Assembly: GCF_009834535.1 (NCBI RefSeq)
Contig: NC_045696.1
Location: 19,408,001 to 19,472,000, forward strand
Direction: 5' to 3'
Origin: Camelus ferus
Taxonomy: Eukaryota
DNA length: 64,000 bases
Shown here: positions 1 to 12,660 of the stretch, in pieces
How positions within the stretch are numbered: position 1 is the first letter of the stretch
Layout of the letters: the number at the start of each line of letters is the position of its first letter
Made by a program: the position numbers and the translations under genes
The notes under the pieces: model-generated
Database searches by the model: none
What the model saw: only the letters and a program-made list of their open reading frames with translations
Told to the model about the DNA's origin: nothing

Positions 1-265
1 GCCCAAAGGTCTGCTTCCTCCCATACATAGAAAAGCACTAAATTCTTTAACTTGAGATGCCTGGTTTTCTTTAGATAACAAGTAATCTTTTATTGTTCCA
101 ACTACCTGGTCTCTGTTGTAAAGCTCCTGTATATCCTAGCTCCTCCCCTACCTCTTCAGAGCAGTCTCTCAGAGCCATCTGAGAGGCTGTCATCCCGGCT
201 CGAGTCCTCCAGCCAAATAAAACATAACTCTCAACTTTTAAGCTGCACATTTATTTCAGTCGACA
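1..265 (+). mobile_element. 3' part of an ERV-type LTR (cut by the window edge)
   Basis: GC-richer LTR-like sequence, AATAAA at 216-221, terminal ...ttcagtcgaCA. Confidence 0.6.
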
Positions 266-269
266 CCTT

Positions 270-480
270 CACTCATTCAGTCCTATAGCATATGATAACT
301 AGTTTACCAAGAAGACAGTGAGCTCTGGTTGGGTGCTAGGCTCTGAGTTAGACACTGTGTCTATGGCAGGGAATAAACTGAACAGTTTGCTTACAGTCTA
401 GTAGATGAGATAAACATATGGATAAATAAATTTAAATACAGCATTAACTTTAATCACTATAAAAGAAAACAGAAAAACAG
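270..480 (-). mobile_element. Degenerate L2 3' end
   Basis: cattcattc-like tail and 'gtgctaggctctg...gcttacagtctagtag...agataaaca' motif typical of antisense L2. Confidence 0.45.
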
Positions 481-574
481 GGTACCTACTCTTGGAAATC
501 TTGCTCACTCAATATATATGTACACCATCAGGTAAGAAAAGAATGTTTACCAAACTATGCCTTTAAGCTTCTTC

Positions 575-804
575 TGTAACTGAAGGGAGCAGAACCCTGC
601 ACCCCCACCCCTGCTTCTTGTTTACAGAAAATCCCTGAGTCACAGAAGAGCAGGCTCAAGCAGTTGATTAAGACAAGCCCGCAGGCACTGGGGGATGACT
701 CTGACCTCCCATCTCAATGAGTGGCTGAGATTATTTCTTCATTTCCCTTTAAAACTTTCATGGCTGAACAGAATCCTTGGAATTTTTTGTGTTTTGTTTT
801 GTTT

Positions 805-835
<31 letters not shown>

Positions 836-1498
836 GGTGGGAGGGCGGTGCTGGGCCCGCCACATTTTAGGCATTCTGATTAAAGGCAACTTTCCTTTTT
901 GTTGCCAAGGCTGTTGTCCCCAGTTCATACCCCTGCCCCTCCCTCAGCTAGAAACCAATTACTCTTATCTAATCTCAGGAGGCAGCTGCAGAGAAGAAAT
1001 AAGAACTGGTTAGAACAGAGTCCAAGATGGTGGAGGATTTGACTTCCGGTGGACCTTGAGCCTTATCATATTCTCATTGTAATGTATCAGCATGCTCAAC
1101 GACACACCCGCCAGTTGACAAATGTCATTACAGCCACGGAAAAGCCCATACAAGGACTGAAAAGCTTGGACAAGGAATGATAGGTTCATCACATCAGGAA
1201 GGAGGGCATGATGGCAGAAGCCGCTCATAAAAGTCCACGCGGCCTGACATGGGCCGGAACTGTCTCTACTGGCCCTCTTGGCTGACGGCTCCCTGCTCGA
1301 GTGCCTTTTCCTCAGTTAAGTGCTTTTTTCCCTTCCCTTCTCCCTGCTGGAACACATTCCCTCCATTCCCCCTTCTGAGCAATAAAGGATTTGTTCACTT
1401 CGTCCCTCTGCTTCTGCTGTGAGAATTTTTTCACTGATGGTGGAAGAACCCACACTTTGGTGGGCTTCCTAATTTAGGGGTCCCTTCATCCACTAACA
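575..1498 (+). mobile_element. ERV LTR sequence (solo LTR, or two adjacent/nested LTRs)
   Basis: Starts TGTAAC and ends ...actaaCA. TATA-like cataaaag near 1226, AATAAA 1381-1386. A second TG start may lie at ~900. No clean TSD found. Confidence 0.6.
786..836 (+). repeat. (TTTTG)n simple repeat inside the LTR
   Basis: Directly visible. Confidence 0.9.
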
Positions 1499-3699
1499 TA
1501 ACCACACAAGTATAGCAGTTTATTATTTTCTATACTTTTTTTTTTTTAGTTTGTTTTCAGTGTGGGGCAGAAACTGATGCATTAATGATTTAATTGGGGA
1601 TGAGATGTATTTCACATGCTGATTTGCCTTTGCAATTTCCTTTATCTCATTCAAATTGCAATACAGAGAATACAGAGCCTTATACAAAGAGCATAGGATG
1701 GCTGGTCTTATTTTAAATATCCAAGCTTATAGTTGAACTACAATTTTATTTTTTTCTTTAAGAATGCCGATTCATGACAACATTTCTGAAAATCATATTT
1801 ACAGTTAGTAACAATATAATTTTTATGGTCACTTTGTTAGCAAATTAAATAAAGCATTATAATCTAGTTTGATCTCTGTGGAAATGTTATAATAAAAAAT
1901 TTAAGATACACAGGAATGTGAATGTATTTAATGCCAAAGATCCACTCACTTTCAATGGCTAAAATGGTAAATTTATGTATATTTTACCACAAGATAAAAA
2001 AGAAAAAAAAAATTCTAAGAAACGTGAAAATGTAACAGAGAGGATTTCCCTACTGTTCCTTGATTTCAGCTTTCTTTCCTAATCCCTCAGAGCTGCGGTC
2101 CCCAACCTCTTTTGTGTGTGGGAAGTATTTGAGAATCTCTCTGTTCAAAGGATGTTCTCTTTGTGCGCATGAGCAAACATACACAATGTTTTTAATAGTT
2201 TCATAGGTTTCATAGACATCTTTTAGTCTATCTTTGAGCCTTAGAAAGGGTTTAGCCCCTAGAACGATCTCAGAACCATTTTCAATTCATTAACTCATTA
2301 AAGAAAGAGTTCTTGTGAAAACAAAACAAAACAAATCATGTAACAAAAACTATGCCATTAAGTGAACAACTCCTTTTCTTACCCAGTTCAGTTTGTTGAG
2401 GAATTAGAACCAAATAAATAAAAGAAAGGCATAGATGGGTTACCTGTGAGAGAAGAGGGGAGTGACTGAATCAGGACAGGGCGTGACAGAAGCTAAAACA
2501 GAGCCGAACCATCCAGAATGTAAAAGAGCTTTATAGATAGAAAAGAGAGGAAGACCATTTTGATGACAGGCAAGGTTATGAGGGCATCTGTGGTGTGGGC
2601 AATGAGAGCAGGGATTCCCTCATGAATGGAACATATTGAGGTTAGGACAGTGGACAGAAGAGAGGCTGGGAGGGTAGGATTTAAAGCTCTGTATGTATCA
2701 GCCTGTGGTATATGGAACCAATCATGGAGGTCACCAGAGAAAGGGACAGAAATGGGCAGGCTGAATAATGAAGATTACTGTCCTTGGCATGGAGCTGAAT
2801 CTCTTCCAAGTGAGGTCACTGCTGACAATAGAAATCATGTACTTGGTTTGCTGCTCAGCACATCTGTAGGATAACCACTATGGGAAATGTGAGCGTGCTC
2901 ATTTAGTTCCTCCATGGAATAAAAGCCTGTCACAGGGTTCGACGCTGCTCTGGCTGTGTGACAGTATAAAGGCACGTAAAGTCTGAGAACGCATCAGGTA
3001 TTTGGTTTTATTGGTGACCTATCTAATAATAAGCAATATCCATTCAAAAGCATAGTAACTGGAGCCAGAAAACAGCTACATGATAGGTTTTAAAACGTCT
3101 TTTAGTTATTTTAGAATTGCAAATCTGGAAAGGCTAAGAATTTAAACAGCCTAATTGTCCTTTGAATGCTTCAATTTTGGCATAATGTATGTTGAGGCAA
3201 AATTTGTGTGGTTCGTAATACAAGTATATGCTCCCTCAGCCCCATTCCCATCTTGGATGTCCTTTGCTTAGAGTAAAACTTTAAACAGCAAAACCTTAAT
3301 GACTCATTCATGTTCACTATCATTTATGGCCATTATAGCATAGGTCACTCACAGCACCTGTTATTATCAGAAAGTTAAAGACCCTGTCAGGGTTTCTCAT
3401 TGTTATTTGCTTGACATCCACTTATCACTTACCATTGGGAACATCACAGATGGCCCAGTTTCCTTCTGATCCTCTTAATGAAGAATGATCATTATTTTTA
3501 TGGGTCCTCCTGGGGTATCTATCTGTAAGTAAATAGCCACCGGAAGGAGAAATTATATTCAGAGAGTTATTAGCAATTGACCACACCTCACAAAGAAACC
3601 TGTGCTGTTAAACTGAACCCAGACTCTTTAAACTTCACCAGAGGAGATGTGGATAAAGATAATGAGTTAAATAGTTGTGAAAGCATACTGTAATTGTCA

Positions 3700-4170
3700 C
3701 GTTACTTGGGAATATTTAGGATACAGAGGATAAAAAAGACCTTAAACTGACTTATACTAAGGAATGTGTCAACTTCTATAGTTGAAAATTCTAGAGAAAG
3801 GGATGGCTTTTGGAGATTCAAATGTCATTAAGTTTGTTTTCTCTCCATCACTTGACTCTCTTACTCTGGGTTACTTCTTTTTCAGATAGGAAATTCCATG
3901 TGGTTGCAAGATGGCTGCCCAACTTTTGGGATTATAGCCACATGTAATAGGAAAGAGTGGATGTAATTCTCCTGACATTCCCCACCAGCATCTAAGTACA
4001 TCTCTTTGTACTTAGGATTGTATCTCATGTCCAGCCTTGAAGATAGAGCAGGGTTCTTGGTATTGTGAAAACTGATTGTTCTACTCCCAGCTCACTCAGT
4101 GCATATGTGCTAAAAGAAGAGAAAACGGAAAAGAGACCAGAGTTAGCTAAAGCAACAAATTACCACAATA
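3700..4170 (-). mobile_element. Ancient MaLR (MLT1-type) LTR remnant
   Basis: 'ccatgtggttgcaagatggctgcc' and flanking motifs resemble old MLT1 LTRs. Highly diverged. Confidence 0.4.
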
Positions 4171-4744
4171 ATATAGTTAGAACATAACCTTGATGTGATT
4201 GACATCAGTAGTGGATAGTTTAATCATTAAAGTTAATTCAAGCTAATGCCTTTAAAAATCATAAAACCATATCCTTTTAAAAAGTAAACCTTATAAAAGA
4301 ATATATTTTCGCTAATATTTTGATCTAGGCCCACAGCAGCTCTTAAAGTGTGGTGTTCTCCAGAGCACCATTCTTTCCTAAAACACACTCACAATACATA
4401 TTTTAATTTCCACTTGTACTTTTTTTTTTTAAAGTAAAGTACATATTTAAAGAAACTTGCAAAATAATATGATGGCACATTTCTTGGTTTTAGACAATTT
4501 TCCCTTCAATATTACAGTTGTCTCCAATACTTGTGTCAATATTCACTTTTTTTAAGACACTCATAGAGCATGGTTGTTTTCTTTTCCTAAAGCACACCAA
4601 AGCACCATGCTTAAATTTCCAATTTTGCTTTCTTTCAAGTACAGTAAGAGACTTCCAATCCAGACAATGTGATGTAGACTTGTTTATCCATGGTCTTTCC
4701 TATTCCTCTTGACTAAGTACAAACATAAACTCAGATATTAAAGA

Positions 4745-5640
4745 TACTCTACAAATATAATAGGTAAAATGTCCAGGATTCAATTGAAAATCTCCCCACC
4801 ATTTAAAAAATAAGAAAATTAAGGCTTAAATGGGAAAAGATGATCAACTGATCCTAACACTAACATGAAGCAGATGTTAACATAATCTTACAAGGATCTT
4901 GAAGCAGCTATCATTTAAAATGCTTTAGTGATTAATTACAGATTCCTTGAAATAATTTTTTTAAAAAGAAAATCTCAGCAAAGAATTAAGTTATAAAAAT
5001 AATCAAATGGATATTATAGAACTAGAAGTTAGCATCGAATTGATACTATGCAACTAAAAATAGAGTAAGACAAAATTTTATAAACTTACTAGATGTGCAC
5101 AATAGTAGAAATGAGATGACAAAGGATAGAATTAATAAACTTGAAGACAGAGCAATAAAATTCACCTAGTGTTAACAATAAAAGAAAAAGTAGCTGAAAA
5201 AGATTGAACAGAGCCACAGGGACTTGTAGAACAATCATAAAAGATCCCACAGGTGTTTCTTCAGAGTCCCAGAAGGAGAGAAAGAGAATGGGGCTAAAAG
5301 AAAATGTGAATAAATAATGGCTGAACACTTTCTAAAACTAGCAAAATATACAAGCCAACAGACTTGAGAGGCTGAGTGAGTGAATCTTTAACAGTATAAA
5401 CCCCAAAACAATCTAGAACAGAGTATAATTAAATTTTGGAAAACTAAAGGTAAAGAAGCTAAATGAAAATGAAGTTTTCATACTTCACACCAAGCGGAAA
5501 GAGGTTGATAACAGTAGATACATATGTGATATATATCGCATACATATTTTGTAATACCCACAGCAACAACTAGAAAATTATAAAAAGAGATACATCTCAA
5601 AACACTAAATAAAGTGAGAACTTAAAGGTGCTTTCAAAGC
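4745..5640 (+). mobile_element. Old L1M fragment (ORF1 region), decayed
   Basis: A-rich strand with L1 ORF1-like motifs (gaacagagcc...gggacttgtag, gagtcccagaaggagagaaagag, aaataatggctgaa). Confidence 0.7.
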
Positions 5641-5732
5641 AATCTGATTCAAATATTTTTTTCTTAATTTTGATATTCCTTTCCCCCATTTTTATCCTTG
5701 TCTCTTCCACACATGTTTTGACATCAATTTTT

Positions 5733-6567
5733 AAATTTTTTAAATTTTTTAAAAAGTATTTTTATTTTTAATTGAACTATCATCTGTTACAATGTGACAG
5801 TTTCTGGTTTACAGTGTATTATATCAGTCATACATATATATACATATATTCATTTTCATATTTTTTTATTAAACATTACTGTAAGATTGAATTTAGTCCC
5901 AGCGCTATACAGAAGAAATTTGTTTTATATATTTTTATATATAGTAGGTAATATTTGCAAATCATGAACTCTCAATTTATCCCTTCCTACTCTCTTTCCC
6001 CCTAGTAATCATAAGATTGTTTACTATGTCTGTGAGTCTGTTTCTGTTTTATAGATGAGTTCATTAGTGTCTTCTTTTTTCTTTTTTTAGATTCCACATA
6101 TGAGTGGTATATGCTATTTTTCTTTCTCTTTCTGGATTACTTCACTTAGAATGATGATCTCCAGGTCCATCCATGTTGCTTCAAATGGCATTATTTTATT
6201 CTTTTTTATGGCTGAGTAGCATTCCATTGTATAAATATACCACAGCTTCTTTATCCAGTCATCTGTCAATTGATGTTTAAATTGTTTCCAGAAACTACAA
6301 TGAGGTATCACCTCACACTAGTCAGAATGGCCATCATTAAAAAGTCCACAAATGATAAATGCTGGAGAGGGTGTGGAGAAAAGGAAACCATCCTACACTG
6401 TCGGTGGGAATGCAGTTTACTGCAGCCATTATGGAAACCAGTATGGAGAGTCCTCAAAAAACTAAAAACTTACTATATGATCCAGCAATCCCACTCCTGG
6501 GCATATATCCAGAAAGAACTCTAATTCAAAAAGATACATGCACCCCAATGTTCATAGCAGCACTATC
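5733..6567 (-). mobile_element. 5'-truncated, 5'-inverted L1 (twin priming) with TSD
   Basis: 5733-6290 is an antisense L1 3' end and 6291-6566 is a sense ORF2 C-terminal piece ([14 protein letters not shown]..., [14 protein letters not shown]). TSD gacat(ca/tg)attttt at 5720 and 6568. Confidence 0.88.
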
Positions 6568-7389
6568 GACATTGATTTTTTAAACCCATAGGCCCCACAG
6601 GGAGCCTTAGAATTCATTGCTGAAAACCTAGCTAACTCACGGATAAGGTATTTGAAGCTCTAATGGTTTCTTTTCCTAACATACACTACAGCTCTCAGTT
6701 CCATTATCTCCAAATCTTACTGTTTATCATCATGACTTAAAGAACTTTTAACTGTATGAGGCCATACCCCACAATAAGTAAGTCAGATAGTTAGGTGAAA
6801 CTTGGACATTACAACTATTAAATTTTTCCAGGAGATTCTAATGTGCAGCCAAGTTTGACAACCAGTGATCTAAGTGGCTACTTACAACCTTCATTAACTT
6901 TTTGGTAAAGAAATTCTACATACTGATTTAGCATGTGGATGCTTGGAATTGGAGGAGGGTATATACATAAACACACAAGAAAAAAATGACTGAAATGTTC
7001 AACAAGGCAAGTCATCACTTACTTCAAGAACAGGCTTTTCTAAATTTTGGAGATTTAAGTTTTTTGTTCTGTTCATTTCTCAAGCAACTGTTACCTCTCA
7101 GCCATCAGTGGTTTAACCTGAAACATTGTCAAGTTAGTCTATAGCATCAAAGTAAACCTTAAAAATAAAATTACCTAGACAGTCTTAGTGAATCAGAAAC
7201 ATATGTAATACTTTGGGGTGGTAACTGCCATAATCATTCAGTTTTTTGCTTTGTGCTGCCATTTCTACTTATGTTCAACAGTAATTGAACATTTAAAGAG
7301 AACCTGTTAAATTTTGCTGTTGATAATATTTTTCTGTGGTTGCATTGTTCCCTTCTTTTATTTTTATTCAAAAATTCTATATATTTATC

Positions 7390-8030
7390 ACTTTTATTGA
7401 GGTAAAAATTTTATACAGATCAAGGAATGCATAGCTATTAACTGTAAAATTGGGTGAGTATTAAGTGTAGCATTACCCAAATAAAACAGTTGCATCACCT
7501 TAGAAAGTTTCCTGACTGCTCCTTTCAGTCAATTTAGTAAGTAACCTCTGTATTCATTTCTGCCACAATGTATTTGTTTTGCCTGTTCTTGAACTTCACA
7601 AACATTATAAACTTGACTGTGTCTATCTTTTTGGCTCAGCAAAACCACTGTGAGATTCATCTATTTTGCTGTGTATGTTAGCAGGTCATTCTTTTGTACT
7701 GCTGAGTAGTATTCCATTATTTGAATATAACCTAATTATTTTAGTCACTTCTATGTTCATTTGATTTATTTTTAGGTTTTGGCTGTTACAAAGACTCTTG
7801 TAAGAGTCTTTTTGTGGACATAAGTTTTCATTTCTCTCGGGTGCATTTTCTCCCAGGAGGGCAATTGCTATGTCACACCTTAAGTGTGTAACATTAAAAA
7901 TGACTTTTTTAGAAGTTAACTGTACCATTTTTAAATCTCAAGAAGCAGCGTATGAAAGCTCTAGTAGCTGTACATCTTCACCAACACTTGGTCTGGTTAG
8001 TTTTTTCCTTGTAACCATTCTTGTGGGTTG
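7390..8030 (-). mobile_element. Old L1M (MC/ME-type) 3' fragment
   Basis: ttttattgaggtaaaa start and 'gctgagtagtattccatt', 'tttgtggacataagttttcatttctct' motifs. Confidence 0.75.
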
Positions 8031-8391
8031 GGAGTTGTAAGGTTTACTATTTTTGCAAATCACTTTTACATGTATGGTGACATGAAATTGTCTATACTTG
8101 AGACAAGTAATTTAATTTCGAGGTTTATATATGTAACTTTTTGGAAAGAAATTTAAATTTCTCAAATATAGGTATCTCATTGTTAAAAAAGCTATTTTTT
8201 GAGTTTATGAAGATGTAATAAACTCAATATAATTATGCTTTGCTTTCTCTGTTTCTTGTGTTGAGATTTTATTTATTTTATTTTTTTAATAAATGGTGTC
8301 ACAGAATTTGGCCTTTTGTTTCTGGCTTTTTCTTTTCCCAGAGGAATAATTTTGAGAATGACCTCTATTGTTTGTGTCTAAAGTTCATTCT

Positions 8392-8896
8392 TTCATTTAT
8401 TCAGATATGATTGATATATAACATTGTGTAAGTATAAAGTATACAGGATGCTGAATAGACACACTTATATATTGCAGTGTGATTACTTCTATAGCATTAG
8501 CTAACACCTCTTTCAGGTGGTGTAATTATTATTTCATTTCATGCTGAGAACATATATGATCTAGTTTCTCAGCAACTTTGCAGTATATAATACAGTACTG
8601 CTGACTATAACCACAATGCTCTGAATTAGATCCCCAGAACTTACTCATCTTCCAACTGCAAGTTTGTATGCTTTGACCAACATAGTCCCAATTTCCCCAC
8701 TCCCTAGTCCCTGGTAACACAATTCTACTCTCTGTTTCTAAAAGTTCCAATCTTATAAATTCTACATATAAGTGATATCATATAGTATTTGTCTTTCTCT
8801 GTCTGACTTATTTCACTTAGCATAATACTCTAAAGGTTTATCCATGTTGTTGCAAATGGCAGAATATCCTTCTTTCATATAGCTGGATAATATTCT

Positions 8897-8940
<44 letters not shown>

Positions 8941-9442
8941 TGCATGTACACCCATATTTGTAATCCAATCATTCATTGACAGACTTTTAAGTAATTTCCA
9001 TATCTTGGTTCACATAACTCAATTATAAAAGATGAACAATCTGATTAAAAAACAGCCCTGGAATTGAATAGATATTTCTCCAAAGAAGGCATACAAATGG
9101 CCAACACATACATAAAAAGATGCTCAGCATCACTGATAATCAGGGAAGGCAACTCCAAATCCAAATGAGCTATCACCGCATACCTGATAAAATGACCGTC
9201 ATCAAAAAGAGAAGAGATGGTAAGTATTAGCAAGAACGTGGAGAACAAGGAACCTTGTGCACTCACAGTTGGTGGAAATGTAAATTGGTGCAGCCACTGT
9301 GGAAAACAACATCAAGGTTCCTCAAAAAGTTGAAAATAAAACTACCATTTGATCTAGCAATTCCACTTCTGGGTATATATCCAAAGGAAATGAAAACAGG
9401 TTATTGAAAAAATATCTGCACTCCCATGTTTACTGCAGCATT
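8392..9442 (-). mobile_element. L1MA-type 3' end with inverted upstream segment
   Basis: 8392-~9010 antisense L1 3'UTR/ORF2 end, ~9010-9442 sense ORF2 piece ending at gcagcatt. Confidence 0.8.
8899..8938 (+). repeat. (TG)20 perfect microsatellite
   Basis: Directly visible inside the L1. Confidence 0.97.
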
Positions 9443-9449
9443 GGTAGCT

Positions 9450-9910
9450 GATACAATGGCTGTCTTAATATCAGACAAAGCAGACTTCAGAGCAGAGATT
9501 TCCAAGGGATAAGTAGGGCCTTTTCATAATGATAAAGGGCCCAATTCATCTAGAGGACACAGCGATCTTAAACATTTCTATATCTAATAATGAGCTTCAA
9601 AACAAAAGAAGCAAAAAACTGATAGGAGTGCAAGAGAAAATAGATAAATTCACAACTATAGTTACAGATTTTACACTACTCTCTGAATAATTGATAGAAC
9701 CAGGAGACAGAAAATCAGTGAAGATATAGAATACTTAAATAGCATTATCAACCAAATTGACATAATTCACATTCACAGAACATTCCATAAAACTGCCAGC
9801 AAACATACTCTTCTCCACTTTAGACTGAGCATTTGCCAAGATACTCTGGGTCGTAAAACAAGACTAAATAAATTTAAAAGTATTCAAGTTATACAAAGTG
9901 TATCCTTTGA
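9450..9910 (+). mobile_element. Old L1 ORF2 endonuclease-domain fragment, decayed
   Basis: 'taatatcagacaaagcagacttcaga', 'ataatgataaagggcccaattcatctagaggac', 'agacagaaaatcagtgaagatataga' are L1 EN motifs. Confidence 0.8.
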
Positions 9911-10347
9911 ATATAATTTGTTAAGTCATTCATCTATTGATGTACAACTGAAAATCACAAATATTTCTCAATTCATGAGATGTAGGATATATAAAATCTG
10001 CATAAGTGATAAAATGACTAGTTTGAAATCCCTCAGAAACAGGGATTATTATAAATTTGTGTCTTTGAATCAGTGACTTACTAATAATCTCTTTTAAATA
10101 GGAGGAGATAGAAGAGAGATAGCAAAAAAGAAAAAAGTAGACAATTGCTTTCTTTTAAAAGTTATTGATTTTCTACTTAAAAGTAATCAGTTTTTCACAC
10201 ATTCTTATACTGAGGAATTAGACTTCAAATGTTCCTTGTGAAAACAAGGTAGGTGATTATCCGAATTAATTTTACTTGAAGCTGATACGTTTTTCTCTGA
10301 TTTTAAATAGCAATAATTTAATACATGTTCTATAATATTGTTCCTCA

Positions 10348-10907
10348 TGTTAAGTAGTTAGATAAGTGAGGCGACGGACAGATAGGTGGAGGGAGGATGG
10401 TCCAGAGGATGGTCCAGAGGATGGCGGTATGCCTGCCTTCAGCGTAAAGGGGCTTTACTTTCTCTAAACGAGTGCCATCAAGAAACCAGTTAGAACTTGA
10501 CAGCCTCAACTGTGAGGTAGTGACAATGACCTAATAGGGCATAACCCAGTGCTCAATTTAATAAAATTAGCATTGAGGTTTAGGCCCCACCCATGGGTTT
10601 TTCCATGTGCATCATGGGTAAGGACAAGCGCAAAAGGGGATGACCATGACTAAACACTCCAGGGGCAAGAGCTGTCAATCAATCAAGAGACTGCCTCTAA
10701 GCGAAGGTACAATAGAAAGGGGCAAACAAAGACCATTGCTATCTGCCCTTGGATCAGCCTGCCTCCCAAGCTTAAAGGTGTACTTTCCCTTTGCTAATAA
10801 ATCCTTTAAAATCTTTCATTACACAATGCTCCATCTCCAGTCTGAATTCTTAATTTTCAGGTATGACAAGAACTGAGGTTTTTTTTCCCTTCCCCTTTGG
10901 GGTAATA
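10348..10907 (+). mobile_element. Solo ERV LTR (ERV1-like, ~560 bp)
   Basis: TGTTA...taaTA(CA) ends, 4-bp TSD ctca/ctta, AATAAA 10796-10801, internal gaggatggtcca tandem. Confidence 0.75.
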
Positions 10908-11823
10908 CTTATATTTACTATATATTAATACACATTTTATTTCTTATACCTACATGTATCATAATTAAGTATATTTTTAAATCATGTAGCTGATTCTAAT
11001 AATACTGCTTTATTACCAAATCTAATGTATATATGGAGAGTATATTAAACCAGTATATTCTGAGATTAATTTGAAATACATTATTCATCTATATTGTCTG
11101 TCTATATGTGATGCTTAATGGAAAAAAAAAAAACTTGAATAAAAGTTGCTTGACCTGAATTTGAATCTTGTTTCTGCCACTTTCAAAATACATAAACCAA
11201 GAAAAATTATTTCTGCTTATCAGAATTTTAGTTATAAAAATAATGGAAATAAATGATGAGGTACATAGTATTATGTAAGCCCTGTTATTTATTCTTTTCT
11301 ATTTCATGATTTCTTGATTACAGTACCTCTATCTATTGCAGTTTTGATATTTTGAGCCATTCCACTGCTTGTGTAAAATATGTTCTTTTTGCTGCTGCTA
11401 GTAAATCATGCCTCTTAAGTGAAATTCTTTCTCACAGTAACTAAGTGGTCACCAAATCTGTAAGTTGTCATATAACAAGAGTGAGGTAAGCAAAGACTTG
11501 GTAAGTAATTGCATATTGGAACCTTGTGCTTCTAAAAATCTCTTTTTTAAAAGCCATTCACCACATTCTAAAGACCTTTGTATTTTGCTACAGAATGGCT
11601 TGAGGCCATGTGAAGAAACCTAGAGGGTGAGGGGCCATCTTCCACATTCTATTTTCTTCTGGGCTTCCAGCTGACTGCAACTGTATAACTGACCTCCAGA
11701 CATTAACGAGCCAAAAGCAAAACAAAGCAAAACCACATCACATTGGGCAAGGTCAACACACAAAATCATGATATCATAAAGTGTGGCATTGTAGTTTTAT
11801 ATTTTGCAATGGTTTGTTAAGGC

Positions 11824-12660
11824 TGGTGGGCAGAACAGAATTGTGGTCCCCAAAGAATGCCCAGGTCTTAATCCCTAAAACCTTCAAATAAATTGCCTTA
11901 CATGAAAGAAAAAAAAAAAAAAAAAAGACTGCAGACTTAATTAAGAACCATGAGAAAGGGAGATTATGTTTGATTATCCAAACAGACCCAATGAGGCAAG
12001 GAGTATGAGTCAGAAAAGAAGGTATGTTGATAGAAGCAGAGGTCCGAGGAATGCAATTGTTGGCTTTGCAAATGGCAAGAGACTGAGTCAGGGAATGTGG
12101 GCAACCCTTATGCTGTGGACTGAATATTTGTATCCCCTAAAAATTCATGTTTTGAAACCTAATCCCCAACGTGATTGTATTTGGAGGTAGAGCCTTTGGG
12201 AGGTAATTAGATTTAGATTAGATAATAAGGGTGGGGTCTTCATAATGAAATTAATGCCCTCTTAAAAAGAGGATGAGAAATAAGAACTAGCTCTCTCTCT
12301 CTCTGTCTCTCTGAATACACACACCAAAGAAAGATCATGTGAGAACATTACCAGGAGGAGGGCCTCACCAAGAACTCAGCCATGCTGACATCCTGATTCA
12401 CAGACTTCCAGCCTGCAGAGCCATGAGAAATAAATGTTTGTTGTTTAAGCAGTCCATACTGTGGTGACTTCTTATAACAGCCCAAACTAAGACATTCTAG
12501 AAGCCTTCAAACTAACATAATCCTGCTGACTTCTTGATTTTAGCCCAGTGAAGCCTACATATCTGAGTTTGACCCCAAGAAGCTGTAAAATAATAAATTT
12601 GTGTGTTTTTAAGCCACTTACCTCTTGTACTTTCTTACAGCAGCAATAGGGCATTAATAC
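11824..12660 (+). mobile_element. MLT1D-like MaLR LTR, split by a nested MLT1A-like LTR
   Basis: Start 'tggtgggcagaa...ccccaaaga...cttaatccct', end 'tttaagccact...ttacagcagcaatagg...taatac'. Confidence 0.75.
12111..12494 (+). mobile_element. MLT1A-like MaLR solo LTR
   Basis: TGctgtggactgaat...aaattcatgttttgaaacctaatcccc...cagcccaaactaagaCA with a degenerate 5-bp TSD. Confidence 0.85.

Noticed and set aside
10394..10425. Short direct repeats (gaggatggtcca) reminiscent of an array
   Set aside because: Only ~2.5 adjacent units with no spacers. An ordinary LTR U3 tandem, not CRISPR-like.
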